From: an uncultured virus (IMG/VR IMGVR_UViG_3300026191_000001)
Lineage: Duplodnaviria > Heunggongvirae > Uroviricota > Caudoviricetes
Direction: 5' to 3' (one strand)
Virus record (IMG/VR): IMGVR_UViG_3300026191_000001
Location: 1 to 64,000 of that record
Length of the DNA stretch: 64,000 nucleotides
In this document: positions 49,210 to 58,984 of the stretch, piece by piece
Numbering within the stretch: position 1 is the stretch's first letter
Layout: every line of letters begins with the position of its first letter
The notes under the pieces: model-generated
Told to the model about the DNA's origin: nothing
What the model saw: only the letters and a program-made list of their open reading frames with translations
Databases searched by the model: none
Position numbers and translations under genes: made by a program

Positions 49210-49413
49210 AAAAAGAAAACCCCGAGGGATTATGGCCACTCGGGGTTTGAGACGTTCAACGTAATCAGAGGTCGTTGTTCGTAGGATAAGCTTGAAACTA
49301 GGTATGCGGACGGGCACAAAGATTAGAACAGGCTTTATCGTCAATTTCCAAATTGTAAGGAGCGCTGGGCTCCCGCGGTTGAGGCATGTAAGCTGTTTGC
49401 TGTCAACGCCAAC
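49210..49413 (-). ncRNA. Candidate ~200-nt small RNA carrying the start-associated motif
   Basis: TTGACC-15-TATACT upstream; two 5' hairpins; UUACAAUUUGGAAAUUGACGAUA with no following AUG; terminator AAACCCCGAG..CTCGGGGTTTTCTTTTT. Confidence 0.5.
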
Positions 49414-49614
49414 TAAAGTATAAAAATCTCCTCGATTGGTCAAGTAAGTAAACCGGTGGCAAACCTTATATTATGTTATATAAGTGTTAAATCACGAGGG
49501 CTTTTGTTGTCGTATTTCTGAAATAAAAGACACAATTAAATTGTGTTTTTGTAGCTGGAAAAGTTCATCACTTGAAAGCACTTACACACATTGTCAGTGT
49601 GTGCAAAGAAACGT

Positions 49615-49651
49615 AAAAAAGGCGAAAAAATTTTTAAAAATTTTTTCGCCT
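49615..49651 (-). terminator. 32-bp perfect palindrome plus U-tract; probable terminator of the primase gene
   Basis: AGGCGAAAAAATTTTT|AAAAATTTTTTCGCCT followed by TTTTT on the minus strand. Confidence 0.6.
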
Positions 49652-49669
49652 AAGGTTATGCTTGATTAA

Positions 49670-52177
49670 TTATTGAGCGTTTAATTGAATGTTCAGTCCG
49701 TAATACTGAATAACTAATCGGTTTTTCGAATCGCGTCCTACGACTTGGAGAAACTGATAAAGCGTACTGAGCTCTTTGGTTCGACGATAGAATTCACCTT
49801 CATCCACGACAGCCCCGTTTTTAAATTCGCGAACAGATGCGGCGTAGAGTGTATATAAATCCCTACCGGCTATAGAGGGTAGCGACTTAAGCTCATCAAT
49901 CAACTCGTCTTTTGGTAGGGATTTAAGCACCGCTATCATAGAATCATCAGATAATTCAATATACCCAGAGGCTTCGAAGAAGTATCGAACGTTATTATTC
50001 ATCTGTCCGAGCTGGCGCACGAGCTCATGATGTGAGTCGGGTAAGGTGTAGTCGCGATTGTTGACCAGTCTCGGATAAGCGCGTAAGGCCCACGAGATAA
50101 TCTTGTCCTTTTCTTCGGCAACAATTTTGTTACCAATATCCAGCTCTCGATTTTCAGGGGGAATAGGTCTTTCCGTATTGAGTATCAACCAGCGTCGAGT
50201 AAATCCTTCCGAGAAATCTTTAGTTTTTGGCAGATGGTTTGAGGCGAACCAATGTGTAGCCATCGGTTGCAGGGTGTTATGTTGGTTGATGTTTCGCTTA
50301 AGCGTGACTTCTTGGCCATCAACAATATCTTTGAAGCGCTGGCTGTTGATAGGTTCGTTTTCAGAGAGTTCGCCACACAGGTTTAGTAGTTTATTCGATA
50401 GCGCGGCCAGCGCGTCATTATCTCCCCACTTGTTGGGCGGGAGTGAAACGCGCTTTTGAGGTGGTACCAGACCGCGAATGATATTGAGTATCTGACTCTT
50501 TCCTGATTTTGGCGTGCCGTGAAGTAGGATGGCCCGTTGAAAAAGTGTACCTGTGTTGAAGAACGTTGCGGCCATCGCTTCTTGCAAAGCCATTATGTTA
50601 TCGCTCTCGTCGTCGGTCTCCCAAATCTGGGTAATAAATTTATATAGCTTTTCTGGCGGGTAAACTTGGTCTGGGTTGAAGGTGAATGGCAACGTATAGG
50701 TTAACCCCATATCTGGGTCATGGGGTAATAGCTGAAGTTGGGAATTCACGAACCCGTTGTTGAAGTTCACACCCACAGAATTGACGCGTCGAAGGGGCAG
50801 GGCCAGTTTGTTTTTGATAGCCGTAATAATCGTATTGGTGTTACGCGTACCCTTGTCTGTGAAGTTCGACGGAAAGTAGGTGTTGATGATATGGCTTATC
50901 TCATGGTCTTCTACGGGTTCCCAATGCGTGCCTAGCCAACGGCATAATCTCTGGGCGTCGATGGCCGCATCATAGCGATGCTCGGTTTGGCTTGAGAGAA
51001 ATTGAGTAACAATAATAACGATAGCCGGAAGGTCTATCACGCCCCGCGCTTGCTTCCTTAGGTTTGCTATCTGACTATCCATCTTCGTCATGTTTAGCTT
51101 CATCCCAGACTGACGCGAGATATATCGCTTGAGCTGGTCTACTTCGAGTTTGGTTACTGTGAATGAGCGTGCGATTTCTTCCATGGCCGACTGGCATGCA
51201 CTCAACATTTGGGTTTCGTTGCCTATGGCGTCGGACATTTTATCGTAAACGTACTTCTGAAGGCCTTGATAGGTGTATTGCGCGTCCTTCGAAGTGAAGG
51301 GAATCGCGTATCTGTCCCTTAGATTAGAGCCAATATTGACGTCCCAGTGGGGCGGAAGGCGAAGGTTGTAGTACATACGCACTTGGTGGATAAGTGAGTA
51401 GAAGGTCTGGAAATAGGCGTCTTTTTGATGATTTGGGGGTATTTTGGCAAAATTTTGCGAAAAACTATCATAAAGCGCGTCAATTTCTTGCAAAACGGGC
51501 AAAAGGTGCGTGTTTTGGTCGCAATTCAGTAAAAAATCGTAGCAAAAATGCGTCAGGTAAGAGCGCATAGTTACGTCCAATTGTCCTAGAGTGTGTAATT
51601 TTGTCCTTGCTTCGTGCGGGTATGGCTCTTTTTGAAACTCCACATCCGGCATAATCTCCTGCAACACATCCATGATATGGTGTGGTTCAAATACCGGTAA
51701 GTTATCTACGACGTCTTTGGTAGGTACCTGAGTCGGTGAACTTAGTACTACGAACGTATCTTCCGCTAAGAACGAAAGTAAACTTCCCTCGAGGCCCGAG
51801 CCAAGAACCGTGAACGATTTTAGTGACTCACTACAAGGCGAAGGTGCCGGCGCTTTAAAAATCATGTAATGGCTATTTGATTCAGAGACCAGCCAAAAGC
51901 TTGAAGGAAGCTTATGAGAGAGTGAAAGCTTTAAATCGGATTGTTTATGATCGAGCCTTACCGCAACAAGACAATACTCACTCTCGTCTTTGAGCGCCTG
52001 ACCCAAGGCCACGCCGCAAAGCTTATCCGCATGTGTTGCTTGCCAATTCTTTTGATGTAACTCCTGGGTCGCATGAAGTATTTTATCACTGGGGATAGCA
52101 GGGAGCTTTGAAGTTTTAAACAGCGGAATGGTTGGGATACCTACAGCAAATAAGGCTTTCGATAATAAACTATACAT
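49670..52177 (-). CDS. D5/P4-type primase-SF3 helicase
   Basis: VNFNNG, HGTPKSGKS, LCGEL, FASNHLP, GFTRRW; N-terminal primase part divergent. Confidence 0.85.
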   Translation of the reverse strand: MYSLLSKALFAVGIPTIPLFKTSKLPAIPSDKILHATQELHQKNWQATHADKLCGVALGQALKDESEYCLVAVRLDHKQSDLKLSLSHKLPSSFWLVSESNSHYMIFKAPAPSPCSESLKSFTVLGSGLEGSLLSFLAEDTFVVLSSPTQVPTKDVVDNLPVFEPHHIMDVLQEIMPDVEFQKEPYPHEARTKLHTLGQLDVTMRSYLTHFCYDFLLNCDQNTHLLPVLQEIDALYDSFSQNFAKIPPNHQKDAYFQTFYSLIHQVRMYYNLRLPPHWDVNIGSNLRDRYAIPFTSKDAQYTYQGLQKYVYDKMSDAIGNETQMLSACQSAMEEIARSFTVTKLEVDQLKRYISRQSGMKLNMTKMDSQIANLRKQARGVIDLPAIVIIVTQFLSSQTEHRYDAAIDAQRLCRWLGTHWEPVEDHEISHIINTYFPSNFTDKGTRNTNTIITAIKNKLALPLRRVNSVGVNFNNGFVNSQLQLLPHDPDMGLTYTLPFTFNPDQVYPPEKLYKFITQIWETDDESDNIMALQEAMAATFFNTGTLFQRAILLHGTPKSGKSQILNIIRGLVPPQKRVSLPPNKWGDNDALAALSNKLLNLCGELSENEPINSQRFKDIVDGQEVTLKRNINQHNTLQPMATHWFASNHLPKTKDFSEGFTRRWLILNTERPIPPENRELDIGNKIVAEEKDKIISWALRAYPRLVNNRDYTLPDSHHELVRQLGQMNNNVRYFFEASGYIELSDDSMIAVLKSLPKDELIDELKSLPSIAGRDLYTLYAASVREFKNGAVVDEGEFYRRTKELSTLYQFLQVVGRDSKNRLVIQYYGLNIQLNAQ

Positions 52178-52181
52178 GCGG

Positions 52182-52670
52182 TTACTCCTGATTAAGTACG
52201 AGTTTCATTTCTTCGATAAACTCAGTTTTTTGCTGCGGTGTTAGATAGCGCTCCATGCTATCGAGGATAAACGTTTTGAATACACCAAATTGTTTTATAC
52301 CTGAGGCTCGTTCTTGAACATCGAGGATTTTTTCCATCAGTGACACCATGGTACGAAACGTACTGGTCATTTCGCTTGTGTCACTTTTGTTCAGTGCCGT
52401 TTTAAATGTTTTCATATCACGGTAAAGCTGAAGGGCTTCCGTCTCGAAATCAGGAACCGCATCTGAATCCTCTATTTCTGAGTCTGCAACGGTTATGCCA
52501 GCGTCGGTTTGGATGCTAAAAATAGCGGTAAGGAATTCTATCTCGTTGGGCTCGTAAGGGCAGTCTTCATCGTCGAGGTAGGTTGGGTCGTCTTGAATTA
52601 GTTTTTTCCACGTATTCAGCGTTGTGAAAAGGTTCGGGGTGAACTCAGGATAGAACTTGGGTGTTTTCAT
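52182..52670 (-). CDS. Hypothetical protein, possible small terminase subunit
   Basis: Helical 162-aa protein divergent from terL; start motif. Confidence 0.45.
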   Translation of the reverse strand: MKTPKFYPEFTPNLFTTLNTWKKLIQDDPTYLDDEDCPYEPNEIEFLTAIFSIQTDAGITVADSEIEDSDAVPDFETEALQLYRDMKTFKTALNKSDTSEMTSTFRTMVSLMEKILDVQERASGIKQFGVFKTFILDSMERYLTPQQKTEFIEEMKLVLNQE

Positions 52671-52782
52671 CGTCAATCTCCGCTTTGTTATAGGTTAAAT
52701 ATCATACCGCAAGATTGCCTGTATAGTCAGTAACGCGTAATCTATTCGGAAAATAGACTAATTGACGATAATTGAGGTAGCT

Positions 52783-54564
52783 GTGGCTAATCAGTTTTTA
52801 ATGGATTTGTACTCGACTGCAGAAGGCCGGTACAACAAAGATTCGAAAGATATGACGCATGGTGATTGGATGTGTGCCAACACTTCACTCAACAAGCGGC
52901 CTTTTAGTTTCGAGCGCTATCCCTTCCAAAAACAGATTGCCGATGATATGCACCCCAGCCTCGATTGTATAAAGCCCTCTCAGGTTGGTCTTACCGAAAT
53001 ACAGATTCGTAAAGCGCTGGCGATATTAAGCCGGACGCCCAACACCTCTTTGATTTACACCATGCCGAATGAGCGGATGTTTAAGCGTATTTCAAAAGCG
53101 CGTATCCAGCCGTTGATTAATTTTGATAAAGCTTTCAGGCAAGAGAGTGGGGACAAGACCAAACAGTCTATGGACCTAATGCGGATTGGTACCAGTTTCC
53201 TTTACGTTACCGGTTCTGCAGAGGCCGACGCCACGAGTATCAACGCGGACTTTGTATTTAACGATGAGATTGACTTAACAGACCCGTCAATGTTGTCACT
53301 CTTTAACTCTCGTCTACAAGGTTCCGATCACCGTGTTAACCAGCGTTTCAGTACCCCAACTTATGAAGGGGTAGGCGTAGACAGAGGATACCGAAGAAGT
53401 GACCAGCATGAGTACGTGATTAAGTGCCGTTGCTGCAACCATTACCAAATACCCGTATTTAGCCGAGCGTTCGTCGAAGTCGATGGCCTACCAGATGATT
53501 TGGAAAAATTTGAAGATATCTCAGATAACCTTATCGACTCTGGCCAGCTCGATATTCAATCCGCACGCGTGGTTTGTGAAAAATGCCGGAAGCCCCTAAA
53601 CCTTGCTGACTATGAAAACCGTGAATGGGTGGCTAAATACCCGAGTCGGGTGCTCAACCGCGGGTACCGTATCCGCACGTTCTCTACCCACAGACTAGAC
53701 CCTCAATATTGTTTCGCTCAGTTATTTGATTACAAATCGAATGATAACCTGAAGGGCTTTTACAACACGGTTAAGGGTGAGCCCTACAACAACGAAGACC
53801 AGAAGCTTTCGTTAAGCCAGATAAAACTAGCCATGGGAAGCCCAGCTATCCCAGAGCCAAGACAAGGTGAACCACACTTCATTGGTATCGATATGGGGGT
53901 AACGTGCTACATCGTTGTAGGTTGTGGTACCGACCCTAGAAAGATGCGTATTATTTTAGCCACTTACTGCCATATAGACCAATTACGGGGACTGGTTAAT
54001 AAGCTAGATGAGCAATATCATTTTGTTGGGGGAGGCTTGGATAGGTACCCTTATACTCCTACCAGTAATGATATCCGTAACGGTAGCCTCGGGCGAATTA
54101 TGCCGGTGCACTACACGAAAAGTAAGGAAGTTGCTGAAGAGAAGAATGCACTCGGGGAAGTGGACTATATCAAGGTAAACCGTACCGATATGTTAGACCA
54201 TGTGGCCACAGGTATAAGAAACTTAACGTGGTCGATTGAAGGTTACACCAGCAACCAAGACAAAATAGAGTCTCATCTTCAGGATATGATCAGAGAAGAA
54301 GTCGAAGAGGAACAAGCCGTTTGGGTTAAGCTTTCGGGTAAAGACCACTTCTTCCACGCAATGGCCTATCTCGCCGCAGGGGTCTCGTATAAAATTATAA
54401 AAGACGGTCTTGAGGGCTGGGTGAATGTGAATACCGATTTCTCTAACGCTGGCCACGGCGGAGGTATCCTTCTAGGCCAACAAGATAATGATATCTTTGG
54501 CACAACCGACTTAATCGGTTATTCTTCCAGCAATAACCCGACAAAAATAATTCGTCGGTACTAA
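52783..54564 (+). CDS. Terminase large subunit (lambda GpA-like)
   Basis: KPSQVGLTE, FNDEID, FSTPT, CRCC/CEKC, IGIDMG, DHFFHA. Confidence 0.9.
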   Translation: MANQFLMDLYSTAEGRYNKDSKDMTHGDWMCANTSLNKRPFSFERYPFQKQIADDMHPSLDCIKPSQVGLTEIQIRKALAILSRTPNTSLIYTMPNERMFKRISKARIQPLINFDKAFRQESGDKTKQSMDLMRIGTSFLYVTGSAEADATSINADFVFNDEIDLTDPSMLSLFNSRLQGSDHRVNQRFSTPTYEGVGVDRGYRRSDQHEYVIKCRCCNHYQIPVFSRAFVEVDGLPDDLEKFEDISDNLIDSGQLDIQSARVVCEKCRKPLNLADYENREWVAKYPSRVLNRGYRIRTFSTHRLDPQYCFAQLFDYKSNDNLKGFYNTVKGEPYNNEDQKLSLSQIKLAMGSPAIPEPRQGEPHFIGIDMGVTCYIVVGCGTDPRKMRIILATYCHIDQLRGLVNKLDEQYHFVGGGLDRYPYTPTSNDIRNGSLGRIMPVHYTKSKEVAEEKNALGEVDYIKVNRTDMLDHVATGIRNLTWSIEGYTSNQDKIESHLQDMIREEVEEEQAVWVKLSGKDHFFHAMAYLAAGVSYKIIKDGLEGWVNVNTDFSNAGHGGGILLGQQDNDIFGTTDLIGYSSSNNPTKIIRRY

Positions 54565-54582
54565 CAATTTGGGAAATTGACG

Positions 54583-56043
54583 ATGGCCGTAACAATACTT
54601 AGCAAGCTCAAGGTAATTGTGCCTAATCGGTTTAAGCCGAAAGGGAGTACACAAACTGCGACCTATAACGCAGAGAACAACACAGAAGTCCTATCGCTCC
54701 CAGATTATCGGGAACACCTAGAAGATATCTATTCAAGTCGAGTTTCGGATAATTCACAAACACTCATTATGAAGCTTGTTAAGTCCGACCCTGATGCGTC
54801 AGCCGCATTAGGCGCATATCTTACTACGGCGGGGAGCTCTATCCCGTATATCGTTGTAAAAGACCCCGACGGGGCGATTGACCGCGATGGCGCCAAGATA
54901 GTTAATGAACTTATTGAAGCCTTAGAGACCCGCCGCGACTACTCTAAAGGTTATTTAAGACCTAAGACTCTGCGAGAACTATCAGAAGAATTCCGCTACA
55001 TGCTATTAGCCCGAGGTGGTATAGGCTGTGAAACGGTATTTGGGGATCAACTTCAATTAACTGAGCTTCGCAATATCGATATGGCCAGTATTCGATGGCA
55101 AGAAAAAGAGCCTGGGAAAATGGTGCCATGGCAAGACCAAGGGGGCGGGGACCCAATTAAAATGGATATCCCTTCTTTCTTCGTAGCTTGGTACCGAAAA
55201 TCACCTATTGAAGCTTACGGCCATAGCCCCTTCGTTAGTGCAATTAATACCATGGCAGCAAGGCAACAGGTGATTAATGACTTGTATCGAATCATGCAAG
55301 TTACAGGGTTCCCGCGAATCGCTATCAAGGTACTTGAAGAAGTCTTGGTGAAAAATGCCCCTGCGGATGTTAAGGTCGATCCACAAAAACTAAGAACCTA
55401 TATTTCTCAACGCCGCCAAGATATTGGAGGCGCGTTTGCTTCGCTGCGCCCAGACCAAGCGATGGTTCACACCGACAGTGCTGAAGTTTCAATGCTTAAT
55501 GAAAAGAACCCAGCGACGGGTATTAAAATTCAGGAAGTGATTGATACGCTTAACGCCCAAAACCAAGCAGGGTTAAAGACGATGGCCACTGTACTTGGTC
55601 GGGGTGAATCTGGTGTAAATACCGCTACAGTTGAAGCGAACTTGTTTGCCAAAGCTGCCGATAGCTTGAATGAACCTATCGGAGAAATCTTAGGCAGCAT
55701 GCTTACGATGGCTTTACGTATGCAAGGCTCCGAGAGTCGAGTTATTGTCAGATTCCCTAATATTGATTTGCGTTCGGAGCTTGAGCTAGAGGCCCAATTG
55801 AACTTGAAGTCAAACCGCTTGCGAACCGACCTAAGTGATGGGTTGATAACCGACGATGATTACCATATTGCCATGTACCGTCGCATTAGACCGGACTCCG
55901 TAGCTGAGCTAAGTGGAACGGGGTTTATTGGCGGCGCTATGGAAGTAGAAGCAGAAAAAGTAAGCCCTAATTCTGACCCACAAGGACGTTCTGTTAGTCG
56001 TGCTTCAGACAAAAGTGCAAAGTCTAACGCTAACCAGTCTTAA
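54583..56043 (+). CDS. Portal protein
   Basis: 486 aa directly after terL; YGHSP motif. Confidence 0.75.
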   Translation: MAVTILSKLKVIVPNRFKPKGSTQTATYNAENNTEVLSLPDYREHLEDIYSSRVSDNSQTLIMKLVKSDPDASAALGAYLTTAGSSIPYIVVKDPDGAIDRDGAKIVNELIEALETRRDYSKGYLRPKTLRELSEEFRYMLLARGGIGCETVFGDQLQLTELRNIDMASIRWQEKEPGKMVPWQDQGGGDPIKMDIPSFFVAWYRKSPIEAYGHSPFVSAINTMAARQQVINDLYRIMQVTGFPRIAIKVLEEVLVKNAPADVKVDPQKLRTYISQRRQDIGGAFASLRPDQAMVHTDSAEVSMLNEKNPATGIKIQEVIDTLNAQNQAGLKTMATVLGRGESGVNTATVEANLFAKAADSLNEPIGEILGSMLTMALRMQGSESRVIVRFPNIDLRSELELEAQLNLKSNRLRTDLSDGLITDDDYHIAMYRRIRPDSVAELSGTGFIGGAMEVEAEKVSPNSDPQGRSVSRASDKSAKSNANQS

Positions 56044-56118
56044 GGTTAATTTTTAATCGGGCTTGGCAACGCGATTGAAAAGCCCTAAGATAATCGAAAA
56101 TTTGGATGGAAATTGACG

Positions 56119-57285
56119 ATGGCTAAACGGCTAACCCTCACTGAGCGTATCAAATCGCTTATCACCGCAGCCGCGGGTGATGAAATAGACTTTTCGCAGA
56201 TTGCAGCGTATGAGAGCGTTGCGGCATCTACTCGTCCAATCAATCAACCAAGCACAGCCTACCATGGCGCACAAATGACAGAAGGCTTTCTGTCACAGAT
56301 GGCGGCGTACTACAAAGAAGAAAGTGTCCCTATTCAGGTCATGCACAATGGTCAGATGCTACCAGTAGGTAAGGTGTTTGCCGCAGATACCTATAGCGCG
56401 GATGAAGGACACACGGACTTAAACGTTCTTTTCTATGTCGATGCTGAAGGCCCTTACGCCCGAGATATTGACCTTTCTATTCTAGATGAGGTTTCTGTCG
56501 GGGCAGCTCCCAATCACGCGTACTGTTCTGAATGTAGTTTCGACTACATGGCCGAAGGCAACGAAATGAGTTTCTGGTTTCGTGAATGTGATAACGGCCA
56601 TCGAATCGGTGAGAACGGAACCCACCTTCGCTTAACCGACCTCCGTGCTTGGAAAGAATTATCACTCGTGAACAAAGGCGCGAGTAATAAACCGAAGATA
56701 CTTGGCTCTGCCAAGCAACGTCTGGGCAAAGACGCATATAACCAGCTTGCCGCTTCAAGTTCTCCTGAAGCCGTACAGTACAGTTATATGACTTGCTCCC
56801 CCACTCAAAGTGAAACAACAGGTGAAACTATGGATTTATCAGCTTTAACAAACCAAGTTTCTACGTTGTCCGCAGCTAACGGCAAGCTAGAAGTTAAACT
56901 CGAATCGGCAGAGGCAGCGCTTACCGCTTCTCAGTCGGAAGTTGCCGCGCTGAAAGGACAAGTAGAAGAACTAAATACGAAGATTGAAAATGGTTCTGAG
57001 ACCAAACTTCAATCTGATCTTTCAGCCGCTCAAGCGCAACTTGAAACGGCGAACAAAATTGTCGGTGTGTTTGATGAACAACTAAAACTGGCTGCGGTTG
57101 CAGCGGGTTTGACGTTGGCTGAAGACGCCAGCGCTGACGAGAAAATTGAGCTGTTAAAACAAGCTCAAATTAAACTGGCAGCAATCCCAAGGGGTGGTGT
57201 TGGCAAAGGTGCGGATACACCGGAAGCTGACGACGTTCTGGTGCTTACTGCCGCGCATAACAGTGCGTTTGTTTCTAATCGATAA
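56119..57285 (+). CDS. Prohead protease/scaffold
   Basis: VMH..PVGK, EVSVG, ELSLVNKGA; coiled-coil C-terminus. Confidence 0.75.
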   Translation: MAKRLTLTERIKSLITAAAGDEIDFSQIAAYESVAASTRPINQPSTAYHGAQMTEGFLSQMAAYYKEESVPIQVMHNGQMLPVGKVFAADTYSADEGHTDLNVLFYVDAEGPYARDIDLSILDEVSVGAAPNHAYCSECSFDYMAEGNEMSFWFRECDNGHRIGENGTHLRLTDLRAWKELSLVNKGASNKPKILGSAKQRLGKDAYNQLAASSSPEAVQYSYMTCSPTQSETTGETMDLSALTNQVSTLSAANGKLEVKLESAEAALTASQSEVAALKGQVEELNTKIENGSETKLQSDLSAAQAQLETANKIVGVFDEQLKLAAVAAGLTLAEDASADEKIELLKQAQIKLAAIPRGGVGKGADTPEADDVLVLTAAHNSAFVSNR

Positions 57286-57296
57286 GGGGAAGAGTC

Positions 57297-57689
57297 ATGC
57301 AAATTGGCGATTTACAACATAAGGGTATCCGCACTGAATCCGCGGCAGCATCATTCTATCTAGATGCCTCAATCACGGGTTTTGCGGACGTTGGTAAACC
57401 GGTTTCGGTAACCGGAGATTTTACGGTGGGCTTTGGTGCTGCAGATGATGAGATTCTAGGTTACCTAGAGTCTTATGAAAACCGTGAAGTTGAAGGCGTA
57501 AAAATGGGTGCTGTGTCATGGCATATGTGTGCCGAGTTTGAATACGCGGGTACAGCTCCGACAGTGGGTGGCCACGTAGTATCAAACGGTGACGGTAAAG
57601 TAAAAGCTGCCGGAGCCAACGCGGGTCGCAACGTGGTTGTTGCCGCCGTTGATACCACTAACAATATGGTATCTGTAATCTTCCGTTAA
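57297..57689 (+). CDS. Head decoration protein
   Basis: Small Gly/Val-rich protein between scaffold and capsid genes. Confidence 0.6.
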   Translation: MQIGDLQHKGIRTESAAASFYLDASITGFADVGKPVSVTGDFTVGFGAADDEILGYLESYENREVEGVKMGAVSWHMCAEFEYAGTAPTVGGHVVSNGDGKVKAAGANAGRNVVVAAVDTTNNMVSVIFR

Positions 57690-57731
57690 TTCGGAAGATT
57701 CGCACCACAAATAAAAATTTGGAGATTGACG

Positions 57732-58937
57732 ATGCAAGCAGCAAATCTTAGTCAGATTAAACGCGCCCCACTTAACGTGGTTTTAGCGGGTATTAATAGT
57801 GAGCACAGCGACGAATCTATTCGCGCTGGCGTAAAGCTGGTACAAGCAGCAAAACAATACGGTATTAACGTTCGTGATTACCTAAACCTAGCCGTTGATG
57901 TTCGTGCGTCAAACGATGCTGAGTCTGGTAAAAACTTCCGCTTGGATAATGGTAACTTTATGACCGGCTACCAAGCGGCTATCTTAGAGTTGAACCTTCC
58001 GTTCAAAAACGCTTTTGAGCAAGGCATTACCCTTCAAGCTGCAGCGGATACTTTCAGTGCACGCCCTGGCTCTCGCGCACTTTTCCCTGAAGTTATTGAT
58101 GATATGCTTCAGTGGAATACGCGCCAAGATATGTTCGAATCAACGGCACCTATGGTGGCACAGACCCGAACTATCACAGGTAACGAACTTATTACCACCG
58201 CAATTTTTGACGATCAAGGCCAGCTAAATACTTCGCCTATCGCTGAACTTGCGAACATTCCGATGCAGACTATCAAAAGCTCTGATAAGTCGGTTAAGTT
58301 CTTCAAGCATGGTTCAGGTATCCGTACCTCATACGAATTTGAACGTCGTGTGAGCCTAGATATCCTAACTCCATATGCGGCCCGTATTGCTCGTAACAAA
58401 GAAATCAGCAAAGTGAAGATGGCAACCTCGCTATTGATTAACGGTGATGGTGTTCACGAAGCTGCAGAAGTGGTTCCAGCTTCTAATTATAAAGATTGGG
58501 ATGAGGCTAAAGGCCTTAAAGGTAACTATGTTGCCTTAGCGGACTTCTTGGCGCAACGTGCGCGTAAAGGCGTACCGGTTGATACTATCGTAGGTAACTA
58601 CGATATGTGGCTAGAACTGTTCCTAATGTTCTTACCAACTCAACCTAACGGTAAGTCTACCTCTGAAATTCTTCAGGAGAACGGTGGGCCTCGCGTGGCT
58701 CTGGCCATGGACTTCTTAAGCGGTGTCAACTTCCATATTTCAAGCTCAGCCCCTACGGGTAAGCTGATTTGTTATTCGAAGGCTGACACGCTGGAAGAAC
58801 TTATCGAAGCCGGTTCGGTACTGTCTGAGTCTGAGACAGCAATCAAGAACCAGTCGATTACTTACGTGAAAACTGAGAACTCAGGCTATCGCCTAGTTTA
58901 CGGTGATACCCGCGTAATCTTCGATACTGAGGCCTAA
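57732..58937 (+). CDS. Major capsid protein
   Basis: 401 aa; LFPEVI, IAELANIP, KHGSGI, LINGDG; followed by a hairpin. Confidence 0.8.
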   Translation: MQAANLSQIKRAPLNVVLAGINSEHSDESIRAGVKLVQAAKQYGINVRDYLNLAVDVRASNDAESGKNFRLDNGNFMTGYQAAILELNLPFKNAFEQGITLQAAADTFSARPGSRALFPEVIDDMLQWNTRQDMFESTAPMVAQTRTITGNELITTAIFDDQGQLNTSPIAELANIPMQTIKSSDKSVKFFKHGSGIRTSYEFERRVSLDILTPYAARIARNKEISKVKMATSLLINGDGVHEAAEVVPASNYKDWDEAKGLKGNYVALADFLAQRARKGVPVDTIVGNYDMWLELFLMFLPTQPNGKSTSEILQENGGPRVALAMDFLSGVNFHISSSAPTGKLICYSKADTLEELIEAGSVLSESETAIKNQSITYVKTENSGYRLVYGDTRVIFDTEA

Positions 58938-58944
58938 CCAACAA

Positions 58945-58968
58945 TAGCCCCCTTATCTAAGGGGGCTA
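58945..58968 (+). terminator. Hairpin after the capsid gene
   Basis: TAGCCCCCTT-ATCT-AAGGGGGCTA. Confidence 0.55.
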
Positions 58969-58984
58969 CTTGGAGAATCAACTA

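Noticed and set aside
49177..49443. 88-aa minus-strand ORF over the sRNA candidate
   Set aside because: TTG start without RBS, runs through a terminator and the heptamer array, no protein-like features.
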